NCBI GenBank assembly: GCA_000708835.1
Contig: DF237042.1
Location: 62,001-126,000, forward strand
Length of the DNA: 64,000 nucleotides
Direction of reading: 5' to 3'
Source of the DNA: Klebsormidium nitens
Taxonomy: Eukaryota > Plantae > Klebsormidiophyceae
Part shown: positions 25,631-39,100 of the stretch, one piece after another
Layout of the letters: each line of letters opens with the position of its first letter
Numbering within the stretch: position 1 is the stretch's first letter
Notes under the pieces: generated by a model
What the model was told of the DNA's origin: nothing
The model's input: the letters and a program-made list of their open reading frames with translations, nothing else
The model's database searches: none
Program-made: the position numbers and the translations under genes

Positions 25631-26780
25631 CTTGGCTTTCTATGCCCCCACAAAGGGGGGCGATTATTCTACTGCAATCTATGATATCGTTGCAAAACCC
25701 TCAATTGTCTTGTAGAACCGTACATGTCTTTAGTGCCACATCGTTCTAATGAATGCAGGATGTATGTGGAGGTGGAAGACAGCAAACCTCTCCGGCTAGC
25801 GGGGATCGAATGGTGTACTCTTCGCCCTTTGGTCAAGCAAGCAGCAAGGAGTCTCAGCAAATGGAGTCCTCTTCTACTCCTGAAAAAGGGAGATCCCCCA
25901 AGCGCATGCTGCGCATGAGGAATAGATGCGCCTGATCAAAGGAGTCTATCCTGCAACCAAAACATAATCTGCGGTCAAATCCTGGCAGCATTGTCCATGA
26001 AGACCCTTGGCTGCAAGCGAAGTGGAACGGGCGCTTGATCATATAGAGGCAAACTCTGTCCAACGAAGAAGGGACAGAGGGGCCCAACTGCCAGTGCAGG
26101 CATCCAGACTGCAAAAATATCTGCAAGATTCTCTTCCAGATCAGACAAATACATCAGACGTAAGTATCATCAGCTTGTCCATTTCAAGCCAGCCTCGAGC
26201 GAAGCATATGCAGAATGTCGAGACGAACCCTAATTTGAACATCGGCGTCGAAGACCCTGGCCCCTTTCGCGAGCACATCCGCTTCGACACGCAAATTTTG
26301 GGCCTCCCCACCAGCGCCAATTTGACTTGCTCGGTGTGCAATGCGGCCTGGCGGCAGGCCTGGCATCTTCTTTCCAAACTTCTGTTTCTTCTTCTTCCCT
26401 CTCTGTCACTCTGACAATCAGGAAATGCAGCTTTGCCGTTTATCAGTTTCGAGGCGGGTGTGTAGACCTGCCGGAGTTGCTGAGGTCCAGGAATGATTTG
26501 AACAGCTAGCGGTCGTGCCGGGGGTCATGCCAGCATTGAAATGGCACCAGCATTCGCTGATGTGTGGTGGATGTTGGCTCCTCAGCCTTCACCTATGCTT
26601 GTCAGGAAACCCACGAAGAGTTATTGAAAGCCTTCCAGCTCGCGCTTCTTGATTGCTGGCTCGCTGTCAGCGGAGGGGCTAGTGGAGCTGCAAATTTCTG
26701 AACCTGCGCTCCTATTGCTGCTTGACATCAAGTAGAAGCACACGTAAGCGACAGTATTTCATCATACTTTATCAGCCCTG

Positions 26781-27726
26781 ATGGCATCAGCCCCAAGCGA
26801 AGCGCTGCCCTCAAGCCCAACAAGGGTCCTGTCCAAGGAAGAGGTGGAGCTTAGAGCCAAGAATGTCATGCGCAATGTCCGGTGCCTCACATGTCCAAAT
26901 CAGAACATAGAAGATGCACAGACCAACATTGCCATATTGATGAGAAAGGTGAGACCAGCATCGGAGCTGCGGCCCCTGAGCACACCATTCCATCGTTTGG
27001 TGTCCCCTTGTCCTGCTCTCACTACAGTACAACATCCCCTGTGCGTGAGGTGGTCGTGGCGCTGATGGAAGGATCACTCCTGTTGAGTCTTGCTGCCAGT
27101 TGTGAATTGCGCGATCCGGCAAGTGCCACCTCTGAGAGCCACAAAGCTTCACGAGTCATGTGGTTCAATGTATCAACCTTTTCCCGCAGATGATTAGAGA
27201 TGAGATTGCCGGTGGAAAGCAGGAAAAGGAGGTGTACAAGACGCTGCAGGACAAATATGGCGACCATGTGCTGTACTCCCCCCCATTTGATGCCCAAACT
27301 GCAGTGCTATACTTGCTGCCGGTGAGTTTTACACACCATTTACAGCAGTGTTTTTTTGAGGGGTGGCGCAATATCTCACGATGCGTTCCTTCTCAGCGTC
27401 TCTTCTTTCTTCAACTTGTGGAGGACTCAACACCCAGAGCAGATGTTCATTTCTGGCCAGACTATATCCAACACAGCACCAGGCGGTTCCTAGAGACATT
27501 GCAGGTTTCTTAAACGAGCTGACTCTACATTTTTGTAATCTCAGGCTACTTTACTTTCTCTGGGCAGGTTATCATGCTAGGAGGAGCCGCAGGCTTGACC
27601 CTCATGTCACGAAGACGACCGCCAAAATCTGCTGACCTATCGGAGGCCATGCTGAGGGGGCTGCCGCTGAAACCGGAAGAATACGCAACGTTGAAACATC
27701 TTCTTCGGCCTCCTCCACATCGATGA
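26781..27726 (+). CDS. CCMH: Mitochondrial cytochrome c biogenesis protein CcmH
   Basis: Exons 26781-26948, 27190-27321 and 27568-27726. RCLTCPNQNIEDAQTNIAILMRK (RCxxC motif), IRDEI..GK, L.DKYGDHVLYSPPFD.QTAVLYLLP, then a TM helix and a plant-type RGLPLKP..L..LL.PPP tail. Confidence 0.93.
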
Positions 27727-29317
27727 GGGGCATGTATCAATATGACTGCCCCTGATTTTAGCAAGGAAAGAAATTTCCCCAGCCCATTCTGGTTCCCAAG
27801 TTGTTTGTATCATATTGTGTCGAGCTTCGTGATAAACTGCCTTAATGCCGAGGACAGCAGAGCTGCTGCAGTCGATTGATCTTTCCGAACATGAAAGTCA
27901 ATCATCAGGAAAGGTCCACAACTTCGTTGAGTTGCATATTAGCACAACTTTTCGGGGCACCAGACTTTTAAAGCCACTTGAATCTGACGGTTATGTCTTC
28001 CTCGTATTAAATGGACCTGACTCGGATGGCAAGGGCACCGTGAATGTCATCCTGACGTACATACATTGCGAACTAGATGCTGCTTAAGTCAAGATTGCAC
28101 CATCCTGGGCGGCGAACATCGGAGACCATTATTATTTAACCGAGGCCACTAGCTGCAAAGATTGGTCCGCGGTACGTAGGTTTTCCATGGAAGAAGGAGC
28201 GATCGTCGGACTAGATGAACAACACCGAGGGCCTTGGTTGCATGGGGTGACAACTTAGATGCGATCCAGGTCGATCTACCACACAATAGGCACATCTCAC
28301 ATGCCCTGAGTGATTCGTCATCCCGGTCCAGGGCCGATAAGGCTGTGATCTGCAGCTGGCTAACGTGACCCGCTCAGCTGCTTGCGCAGCATGCCGCACG
28401 AGTAGTGGACAGTTTCAAGCTCAATGCAACATAAAGACGCTTTCGCGAATGATCCATGTACCATGCCTATTCTAAGCATCGATCGTGGCAGGAGCTCTTG
28501 ATTGCGGCCGCGTCGACAATTACTCGGATTCCATGATGCCAAGGATCCAAACGATGCCGGCCGCGCGCGTGATCGATCGATCGGTAATTTCGATGCCGTG
28601 CACGGCAGGTACGCGGTACATATACGCCGTATACAGGCTCAGGTCCGTGGGGACAACTGGCAGCTCCTGTACTATTCTACCGTCCACAGCAAACGCATGC
28701 AGATCGATCACGATCATTCATGCACGCAATCAATCATGTAACCAGAGTCACTATCAGTGCGCGAGCGCCTGAATCCAAACAAGGGCATGCATGACCCGGC
28801 GCACTGCAAGGTTCATCATATTGACAAAGCGACCCGCGGGAGCAGTAAGCTGCATTTCAAGGAAGGCTGAGAAGTGACAGTAGGACAAGAACTCCGGACT
28901 GAGTAGCCAAAGGCAAAATCAGATAGAAATTACTTTTCCAAGAATCATGGACAGCCACGATATATCAACGAACAGTGCCGCGGCATTAAATTGAGATGAA
29001 GCTAGCAAGAGCCGCGCAGGACAACAAGGATGAAGTTCCAAGAAGCTACGGCTCGGCTGAACTACATCAGGCCTTTGCGCGTAAATCGCGGCAGTATATC
29101 AAACATGGCAACTCGGTACCTGTAAGATTTTCTTCCGCACAACACCTGTGCGGCATCGTCTCTGTCGTGCCGGTCCAAAACCTGATTACCCCTCTATCGT
29201 TCAAAGCTGATCGGTGCACTGCCAAACCAATCAGCCAGTTATCTGCGATACTAATGGTTGGAATGTGCACTCTGATTCCCAAAGATGCGAAACACTTTCG
29301 TCCGACTGGTCAATCTC

Positions 29318-31899
29318 TTAGACCGACACAACCGTAACCTTATCTGCCTGATCTTCGTCCGCAACCTTCGAGGAAGCGGCCCGAACCTCGGGAGGAGGCG
29401 GGGGCGTATACAAGCCAAGGGCGACTTCGACAGACTTCTTGGCGAATGCTAGTCTGGACTTCCGGCGGTTGGCCCTGTTCTTGTGGATGGTTCCAACCTA
29501 CGCAGAGAAAAAGACGAAAGTTTGACATCTCATTCTTGCTACTTGATAACAATGAACATCCAGACTTTGTCCCTGATGTATCTCGAAAGCATCTTTGCAA
29601 AGCAAACCACTCCAAGGTCTATGATGCTAGGCTTCACAACAAACTGGCCCATACCGAGCGTTCCATGGACGCCAGCGCTTGCAAGATTTCCTCACCTTGG
29701 CAGACTTGTCAATGATCTTGTAAGCCTCCGAGATGTACTTTTCTACAAGGGTGAGGTTCTCCTGCGCGTCCTCGGGCTTGCCCTTCAGCTGCTCAGTCAG
29801 CATCAAGACCTGCGCCACAACAGAATCACACCTCAAACTCCAAGCTTTGATACCCAACCCGGCTTTTGGTCTTTAAACGCCTGATAGAATCTTCCCAGCG
29901 AGCTACTTCGTCTCAATTCCTGACAGGAGGTCTCGGAAAATGGATGAATCTGTTTAGGTAGACGAGGAAGCGGAGAAGGAAACTCAATAAGGCTGCTTGC
30001 CAAAAGCTGGAATAAGAGATACTATCATTATCAACAAAACTTAGTGCAGGCAAATCGTAACCCGAGACCAGAATATTGAAATCATCCAGATCCTTCCATG
30101 TACGGATGAGCTGTGTGGCGTTAGGTCTTGATACGTGTCTCGCATAGCTACCCGTGAAGTCACATAAAAATTACTCTTACGATAGTAGTCTCTGATCTGC
30201 CTGTCAGTTCTCTGATTGAACCATCGAACCTCCTGTTGCAGGCACCACCATCATTGAGCGACCAAAGTATCACTAGGTTGGGCTTCACAAGGTTGGGCTT
30301 CAAGCGTTGGGCATACCTTATGCGTAAGTGGACGTTTCTCCTCAACATCAACATGGCAACCTCTACCACCTTCTCTTTCTGCATCAAGCTGAAATGAATC
30401 ACCATGAGAGATGCAACCAAGCAGAATGGTCAAGTGCCCACCTTCTTGATCCTGGTTGACATTTCGGACTTCCTAGCCTTGTGGTACGCCCTCCTCTTCT
30501 CGTTTTGCCTCGTCCTCTTCAACGCGTTCTGCTTTGCAAGAATCTGCAAACCTGGGGCAGTCTGGACGCTGACCTGTCGCCGCGCCAATGCTGCACAAAC
30601 AAAAAGCACTTGAATTTTGGAAGTGCAATGTTTCCAATGCTGTCACATTGAATCCTCTCCAGATGTTATGTGAGTCTGGCTCTCTCTTCCAACAAGGTGG
30701 CCGTTTATGTTATCACGCAATTTCCGTCATGTTTCATCCTCTAGCCAAGATGTTTAGATGGAAACTGGGTCTCTCTTTCCATAGAGGTGAACACATATGG
30801 ATCGAGCAATTCCATTACGTTCAACACTGTTCCTTGTAGCGACCGCCAGTTTTTCAAAGGACAACATACAACATGAATGAAAAGGGGTGACGACAGCAGT
30901 TGCTGCCTATTAACATGCCCGATGAGCACAACAGAATGGGCAGCACAAGCATCATTCACACCCTTGACTCAAGAGCTGCCCGAATAAAGACAAGCCCGAC
31001 AGTACATTTGCAGGTGCTGTTAGGGCCACCCAATTTAGCGGTGCGAGCATTCAGCCGATCATGACTGAGACCAACAGTGATCGTCAAAGTTCCACCAGCA
31101 GTAAAAGAGAGCAGCACACAAAACACCCTCTCAGACGAGAGCTATCTAGAAAAGGGCCCTCGCCAAAGTGATCAGGGCGGTGTGCACTAGCCATTTTTTT
31201 GAACTGCATTCTCATTCTTACAAGCAGACTCTTTAAGAACACGCCATGCAAGTTTCTCATACGGAAATCGGTTTCCTTCCAAAACATTCAACAAAATCTA
31301 TCCGCAGAGTTTCCACAGGCAACTTTCGCTGTTCCAGCCCATGAATTACCCTTAGACCACAAGCCGGTAATGGTGTGCGCAACTACTCTAGAAGCACAGG
31401 GCGCCCAAAAGGGTGCCGTGATGTTAAGGTGTGCCTACCAGGCGCTCGATTCTTTGGAATGCAGCCAGATAGAAAACGACTTTGCAAAGTGGAAACCTTC
31501 ATTCCAACTTGAGAATGTTGACAAATGCGGCCCAAGCAAACACAACCCCTCCACTGTTGATAAAGCCAGTGTCAGAACATGCTCAGGGTTGAGGCTACTG
31601 GACAAGCGATTCTCACAATGAGCCCTGAATACATCCCGCAGGGAAAGCTGAACAATAAACCCTAACTGCATGCCCGCAAGGAAAGCTTAACTGAGTTGAC
31701 ATTTGGCAAATGTGGCCACCATACCTGGTAGTCTGGGAGCAATGAACGATGCTGAAGAGAGCTGCCTGGGAGCTCCGCTCAGCGCGCTTCCTTGCATTGA
31801 CCCATACTGCGACCCAGAGATGCTGCACCCGTTCCTAGATGAGGAGGCCAGTGACAACCTTTCGAACCCTTGTACCGCTGCTGTCAAGGATGATGCCAT
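29318..31899 (-). CDS. RPS20: Nuclear-encoded plastid 30S ribosomal protein bS20c
   Basis: Exons 31899-31725 (Ser-rich transit peptide), 30590-30442 (AKQNALKRTRQNEKRRAYHKARKSEMSTRIKK), 29809-29696 (ISEAYKIIDKSAK) and 29497-29318 (VGTIHKNRANRRKSRL); phases are consistent. Confidence 0.92.
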
Positions 31900-33105
31900 G
31901 CCGTCACTCGATCAAAGTCGTTGCAGGAATAATGCTGAGTAGAGAAGTTTTCCGCACCCAATCCAGACCACACGCGGCCCGGCCCCTCCCTCAACAGAAC
32001 CGAAAGAAGTTCCTGCCTACCTCACAGACACAACCTTGTCCACAGGCCTGCCAGCTACAACTGCCCAAACTTCTTCCCCTGTCCAATATTTGCAGCCCTA
32101 GAAGTTGCTTTCCCACAAGTTGAAGAAGGCCGGCACCTCCTGGACCTCGGTGCTCTGCACTGAACTCTGTCAAAGCTTCTGCACCCAAGGTTGTCGAAAC
32201 TGGGTTAAGAGCAGTACCATACAAAGTACGGGTTAGACGCCAGGTTTCCATCGAAACCTCTGACCGACGCTCTCACTCTCAGGCACTGAGCGCGTTAACC
32301 ATTGAAGGCAGGGTTTGGCCTCTGCGGCCTGGTATGAGAAACCGAATACGTTTACGTTTAAACCATTTAATCTCTTAGTACCTGAACAAGTGCGCGCGCG
32401 GAACATACATTACTTGATGCTGAATTAGCTGGAGTGTGTCGATCTGTAAGTTCATGTCTTGAAGCTTGCACGCGTTCGGTCGCATGCATTGCTGCATCTA
32501 TGCGCATGGGCGAGGGCCCAAGTGCTAACAGTGTGGAGCTCGCAGAGCGACTGATGTCACACCAGCTTCTCTACTCCAACTTGTAAAGGATCATTTGCTC
32601 TAAAGTCACATGATGCTTTATGCACTCAATCATTGAGTGCATAAAGCGGTGGTATGCGCCATTGAATGGCGTGTACCACCGCCAATACATGGTTGGATAA
32701 CATCAACATCGATGTGTTGGCCCTGATGGGTTCATATCAGGTATGCATAATCAAGTCGAACAGGCTTGTATACGTTACTACAATGTCACGCCAATATGTT
32801 CTAGCTAACTGATATCTGGTACTTCAGCATATCATAGTGTGTGCACGATGATCAATTGTGGGCCATCATTATAGGGATGGACAGTGGCATGTTGTCGCCG
32901 GTTGTCAATCGCAGATTATGACATTTCAAGGTGGCACCTTCAAGACACGAAAACCACCTCCTGACTTTGTGAGTTGCCATATGGCGGAAATGTGCTCGAA
33001 ATCACATGCACGCTAAGATGACCAGGCGCAAGGTAGGGCCAGAAATGTGCCTTCCTCAGCAGATTCCTCTCACCGACTGATGTTTTCGACACGCATGCTC
33101 AGAAA

Positions 33106-36100
33106 CTACTTGTCTAAGTGATCCTCAACGTAGTCCGGATTCGGCTTCAAAATAACGAACCCTTCTAGGATTGACGTAAGCGGGATGTACTTTTCCGTAG
33201 CGAGCTCAGCACGGTCACCGGTCGCAAGAAGCACTGGCGTTGTGTGCGTTTGGAATCCGGTGATTGTCTTCGGCCTGCCTGCTTGACCCACAACATCTAC
33301 CGCTTGTCCGACGCGAACCGACACCGGGAGGGGCTTCAGGTTTTCGTCCACGGTCAAGAGCATCCGAGGCTGCAGCGTGGGGGAAAAAGGCATTCGTTTC
33401 GTTCGGAAGAGTGGGTCAAGGTGAGGTTTCTCTGATCGCACAGGCTAGTTTGAAACTTTTATGACCGACCAACAAGGTTTCGACCTTCGCTGCTTCCCGA
33501 ATTCTGAAGCAACTACCATCAATTGGTTTCCTTTCATTCAAATCCGTCCACTTCGCTGAAACTTGGGCAATCGTCCTGTGGCGGCATCCAAGTGGTGGAA
33601 TCCAACACGGGCGTCCTTAGCATTAACATACGCATACACGACCGCGAGACAGAGGGTGATATCCGTTCTCACCTGCAGCGCGGGCACGACGAAGTAGAGC
33701 GCGTAGTGGTACTTTGCGAGGATGATGTTCTTGAAATCCATGCAGCTGTGCAGGAACGCGAGCAGTCCCGCCAGCCCGACTTGGTGCAGCAGGCCCCGGT
33801 CCGCATGGAACGGGTTCAGCGTCAGCAGACCCTTCCCCAAGTGGACCAACCCCTGGGTGTAAAGAAAGCAGAGAAACCGTGAACACGAAGCGCCAGTCCA
33901 ACGGCCTTCGCAGCAAAGGGCAGTAGGTGAGAGGCTCTGCCGTTGAAGGGACCGCACGCAAGCACAGGAGACGAGCGTAGTAACAGTCTTATAATGGGCG
34001 CTCCCCGTGCAGGAAATGACTAAGAACCAGGATCAAGGGAGACTGATTGGACGGTAAATCCAACAAAGAGGTGGAGCCTCGATTGTGCTTCAATCAGCGC
34101 ACGTCCTCTTCGGCACCAGAAAGCCGCTCCGGATGAGGAGCAAAAAATGCCCCTTAGTGATAATATGAAGAGAACGCATCGGGCGTCCCGCGAGCTTCTG
34201 ATCCACGGACAACTGAAAGCGTGACACTCAGCTTCTTAATGCTGGAGGAACCAACAAAAGCTCTCGACGAGCGCAGCATGGACTGAATGACCTCCCAAGA
34301 TTCCAGTTGACGTCTTTTACTGGGCGAACCAGATTACGTATCAACCTCAAGGAAACCGAAAGCGCACCTGGGCTATCCTGACGGTGAAGAGCAGGTTGGG
34401 CTCCTTGTAGTAGTAGCTGCTCAGGTTCCGCAGCATGCCCGCGATGCGCGCGTTGTTGGTGCCCCCCCCGATGAGCCCCATCGCCACGATGGCCCCCATG
34501 GCCACCTCCTGGTCCGCGTCGTGGCTCAGCCGGCTCAGCGTGTCCATCACGCTGCGCACAAAGAAATGCGTTGACTTCTTCAGTTCCACCATTAGCCTGA
34601 GCGGTTTGTGGTCTCATTCAAGCCTACCTAAGTCGATCAATCAGAACAAAATTGTGTGTGTGAATACAGGAGAAACGCCAAAATACGCTGCGTGCAGGGG
34701 GGCAGCGAGTCTAACATCTTCAAGTTGGTGAATTTCTGGGGGGTTTTAAGAGTAATAAGCTCGGCGTGTCCATCACGCTGCGTGCAGGGGGGCGAAGAGT
34801 GATTCGTTTTGATGTTCAGAAGATCTGGGGGCCAGCATATCTGGGGGCCTTCAGGATTCAAAGCGCAGATTGTTCGTTAAAGTGGGCGTAGGCGTCACGC
34901 CGGCGGCATGGCCGAAGCGTGGCGACTGCACAAGTTAGGCAAGCGAGCATCGTCTGACAGATTCAAGTCGTGCTTTTCTGCCGTCCGATTTGAAATGCAC
35001 TCGCGAGTGCATACGCCCACTTTAAGCACTAGAGAAGAAGCTGGGTTTGGCTTTTGGGATGCCCGTCTTGCCTCTCCATCGAGCTGTCAAGAGGGGGGTG
35101 GAGAGGAATCAAACGTCGGGGTGTTTTATGTTTCTGGGGATTCTAGAATTTGAAGCTCAGTGTATCCATCACGCTGCGCAAGACGGGCAGAGACACTCTA
35201 TTTTTAAAATGATGAATTCTGGGGGAGTAAGGATATGAAGCTCGGCACGTCCATCACACTGCGACCAAGGGACACGGATCTCTACGGTCCCACCAAAACC
35301 GGAAGTGCTGCCAGGGACTTAAGGGTGAGAAGGTCAGTGTGTCCATCACGCTGCGCACAACCAAAAAGTGGTAAACTGCAAATTGAAACGGTGGTTCAAA
35401 TCCACCTTTAGCCTGATGCAAGCCGTGGTCTTATTCAAGCCAATCTAAATCGATTAATTAGAAAGGTTGTGTGTGTGAACACAGAGAGAAACCGCAAGAT
35501 TTGCGAGGGTGAGAGCACAGCTCCGTTCTGAGAGCCAACCGACAGAGCCTAATCCACCCCGATTGACGGCAAAACCAGATCTTCAACTCACTTCTCGACG
35601 CCCTGGCACTTACAAGACGAGAACGCCTTTGCCTGCAAACCTTGTTGTGAGGCTTCTAGCATGTCGTCATAACGGACGCAAATAGCTGGATGTTTTCTCG
35701 CCTTTCTTCCAAAAGCCCCGGTTGCGTTACAGTCAAACGGCTCTAGACAAATGTCTTCTTATGCAAGCTCCTTGCTGTGCATGTCTGCCAGCGTCCTTCT
35801 TTGGCCAACACCGCCTCAAAGGACTGAATCGCAGAGCACGGGCTCAGAGTCGCTTTCGAGCATCAAAGCGTCGACCAGCTTCGAAACGACCAGCGCCTTA
35901 CAAGCACCTTCTCTATAGGAGAGACAAGAACTCCTTACAAGCAGAACAAGGCACCTATCCACGTCCATGTTTCTAAGGACAATACGTGGCGCTCACGTCA
36001 TTCGAGGGTTGGAGATGGACAGGATGCCGAGCGCGAGCGGGACGGCCCTCCGGATGCCCGGCTCCCCGTACTGCAGCAGGTGCTCCAGGCTGCGGATGGC

Positions 36101-39100
36101 CATGTCCTGGCCTAGCTCCTCCGCCATGGCGACCAGCGCGATGCCCAGCACAGCCGCGCCCTGCATAACAGAGAGATGGTGGTCGCCAACAAACAAATGG
36201 ATAGCACCAAGGAAGGCGGAAATGAAAAGGCTCCTCCACCACGGAATACAGCGCAAGACTGTCGCGTGAGAAGGAAAACGGGTTGTTTGCTGTCCGACAA
36301 AATACCGACAGAACTGGCGACAAATCAGAAGCAGCGTGACGCAATATATTCTGCACAGAAGAGGGTATTTGCAGCCCCGGCATGGCGACCTGTGCAGAGG
36401 CCAACACAAAGTGCCCTCCAAAAATAGGGTTGCTCAGTTGCCCTGCTGAATATCGATGTTACTGGCGGTTGATGTGGGGAAAGAAATCAAAGGAATTGAG
36501 ATCGAAAGCACATGCCCGCGGATTGAACTTCCCACGCAACTCTTTACGAAACCATCCGTACCTGGTGCGCCACCCCCCCGGGCGTCTTGTCCTCCTCCAG
36601 ATGGTCCCCGCAGATGGACAGCAGGCGCTGCACCTTAAGAACGTTGCCAGTGCCCGCATACGCGCACGAGTCCAGTATGATCTGCGCGTGCATCGACACC
36701 TTCTCGTGAAGCGTCTTCACCACCTCTACCGTTGCGTCCACCGCTTCCTGCAGCAGGATGACAACAGTGGGTCACCTTTTGACAAAGGTTCGCAGAAAGG
36801 AAAAGGCGCCGTCTTTGATCCCATGACTCGCGACCTTAACGGAGAGAAAAGGCAGGTGAGCTTTCAACACTGATTCACTTGACAAATGAACAAGGATTCC
36901 TAACGGCTTGGACGGGCAACGGGGCAGAAGCGACTCGCGAATGCTTCTGGTGGCCCCCTTGACCCACACGCCCACTTGAAGTGGTCACTTTTCGGTGTGC
37001 ATCATACCTTGGAACGCTAAGCCGCTTTTGAAACTAACGCCAACAACACCAAGCAGTGATCGCCGGAAGAACCATCCCAGGATGCAAACCGCGACATGGT
37101 CTGCATCCTAGATCCTACTTCAGAAGGAGCGACGCAGTGAAGCTTGATCTAGCTTAGGCAAAGCGCTCAGAAAGTAGTCAATCGAAAGCAAAGTAGGAAA
37201 AGCGCTTACCCCCTGCCCCAGGAAAAGGAGCCCAAGCGCCAGCAGGAAGTAGCGTACGAGCGGGTCCGCGAGTTCGGTCTCCCCGCGCTCCATCAGCGCT
37301 TGCAAGATCGCCATCGCCACGTCATCGTTGCACGTGCCCACGTAAACCAGCCCCAGGGAGAGCGCAGCGAACGCAGCGACGTCTACTCCGACGGAGCTGT
37401 CCAGAACCACGGGAGTCAGCAGCTCCAAAACCTGCGATGGGGAGAAGCGGTGTCGTTGGTTAGTTGAGCAAGAGAAAGACAAAAATGAGGTAGCCGCTTC
37501 TTTTCGAAATGTGAAATGTCTTTCAAATAAATTTGAAGCACAGAACCACCAGCCCCCCAACGCAGCTGGACAACGTGAGATGAGAAGCCGTACGGATAGG
37601 GGGAATGCGGAGAGACATGGCGCGAAGAAAGCACGTCCGCAGCTTTTTGGCATCGCCTATCTTGGTTTATGAAAAACACTTCGGTTCACAGGTGTATAAT
37701 GTATGGCATCAGAAGGAGATGGCCGATGGCCTGAGGGGTACAAGGGAGTTGGTAGGAGAAGTGAAAGAGCCTCTGATTAGTGACTTTTCTTAACCACACA
37801 AAAACCGATCTCCCCAAACCTCCTACGTCGTCAACCAACTTGCAAGCAACACAGTCCTTGCAAATCCGGAGGGCCCCTCACCTCCTCCCTTAAAACTCAG
37901 GATCTCCTGATCCTGTTTAAGGCAGCACTTTTTCCAGAGCATACAACCAACTTGTGACCAACTGCCCGCAAAACACTCCTGCACAGATGTCCGCCCGCGC
38001 CATCTCTCTGCCGCCTCACCTCCTCCTTTTGCACGCCCGCGTACGCGAGGCCCAGCCCCATGATGGCCCCGATGCGCACCGCGGGGTCGTCCTTGTTGAC
38101 CGACTCGGACAGCAGCGCGAACGCGGGGTCGGACTCGTGCCGCACGCCGCTGCTCACGATTCCGATCGCGAGAGATCCCCCCGCAAGCACGAAGTTGTCG
38201 GTGCTGTACAGGTACTTGTCGATCTGGGGCAGGCCGCCGTCCACGTCCCACAGGTGGATCAGGCCCTGCGAGAAACAAGAAGAGGGGATTAGTGCTGAAT
38301 AAAGCGAAGGGCGTGAGGCACGCACCGCGTGCTTCGGAGTGGAGTCAAGGAAAACGGTGCGACAATGAGCTTCAGAAGAGGCGCTACCTTTGAATCGTAT
38401 CAATCCAAGACAAGCAAAGCCCTCTGTAAAGTAAATATGAGCAGAAGATAGAAGATAGAAGATAGAAGATGCCTGCCATGCCGATATCCGGACGAGAACC
38501 GATGAAGCTGAGATTGGGAGCGCTGGGACGCCCCGTAGAACTCCAAAGGTTATGATGTACCGCAGCCTCGAGGGCCATGTCATTATTTAGCAATCAACAC
38601 GACCCAAAGGAGAAAAAAAGAAGAGAATTACAACCTGCTGTACCACTGTCTGAAAAGTCTCCTCGATCAACGCATCCAAGCGTTGCTGTTTGCACTTTCA
38701 AGGTGGACACTAATCAAATGTTCTCCCAATAGGTTCTCAGGAACTCCGCCCCCTGCTGACTGTTAGTCTTGCTACCTTCCCTGTGTTACTCTTCGGCCTG
38801 AATCGAGGAGCAAAGAAGACGACCGGATTCTTTCAAGTGCAAGGCCACAGCCTTTCAAGAAGCAAAGCGACTCACCACACTGGCAGCCGCGCTCGTCTTC
38901 CCGTGCTCCTTATTTTTGAACAGCCAGTTCCCGCCCCCGGCCGCAGCGCTGCTGCTCGCCTCCTCCCCAGTCCCCGTCATCAGCTTGTCCGTCCCAAATC
39001 CGGCGTTAACCAGCCCGTTAACGAAGGTCGCCGCCAGATTCTGCCGCGCGGAATCCACGTTGGCATTGGACGGTGTACGGCTGTCGATCAGGTGCGCTTT

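Noticed and set aside
34530-35500. CRISPR-like repeat-spacer array
   Set aside because: The context is a eukaryotic intron, the repeats are degenerate copies of the host splice junction, spacing is irregular and there are no cas genes.
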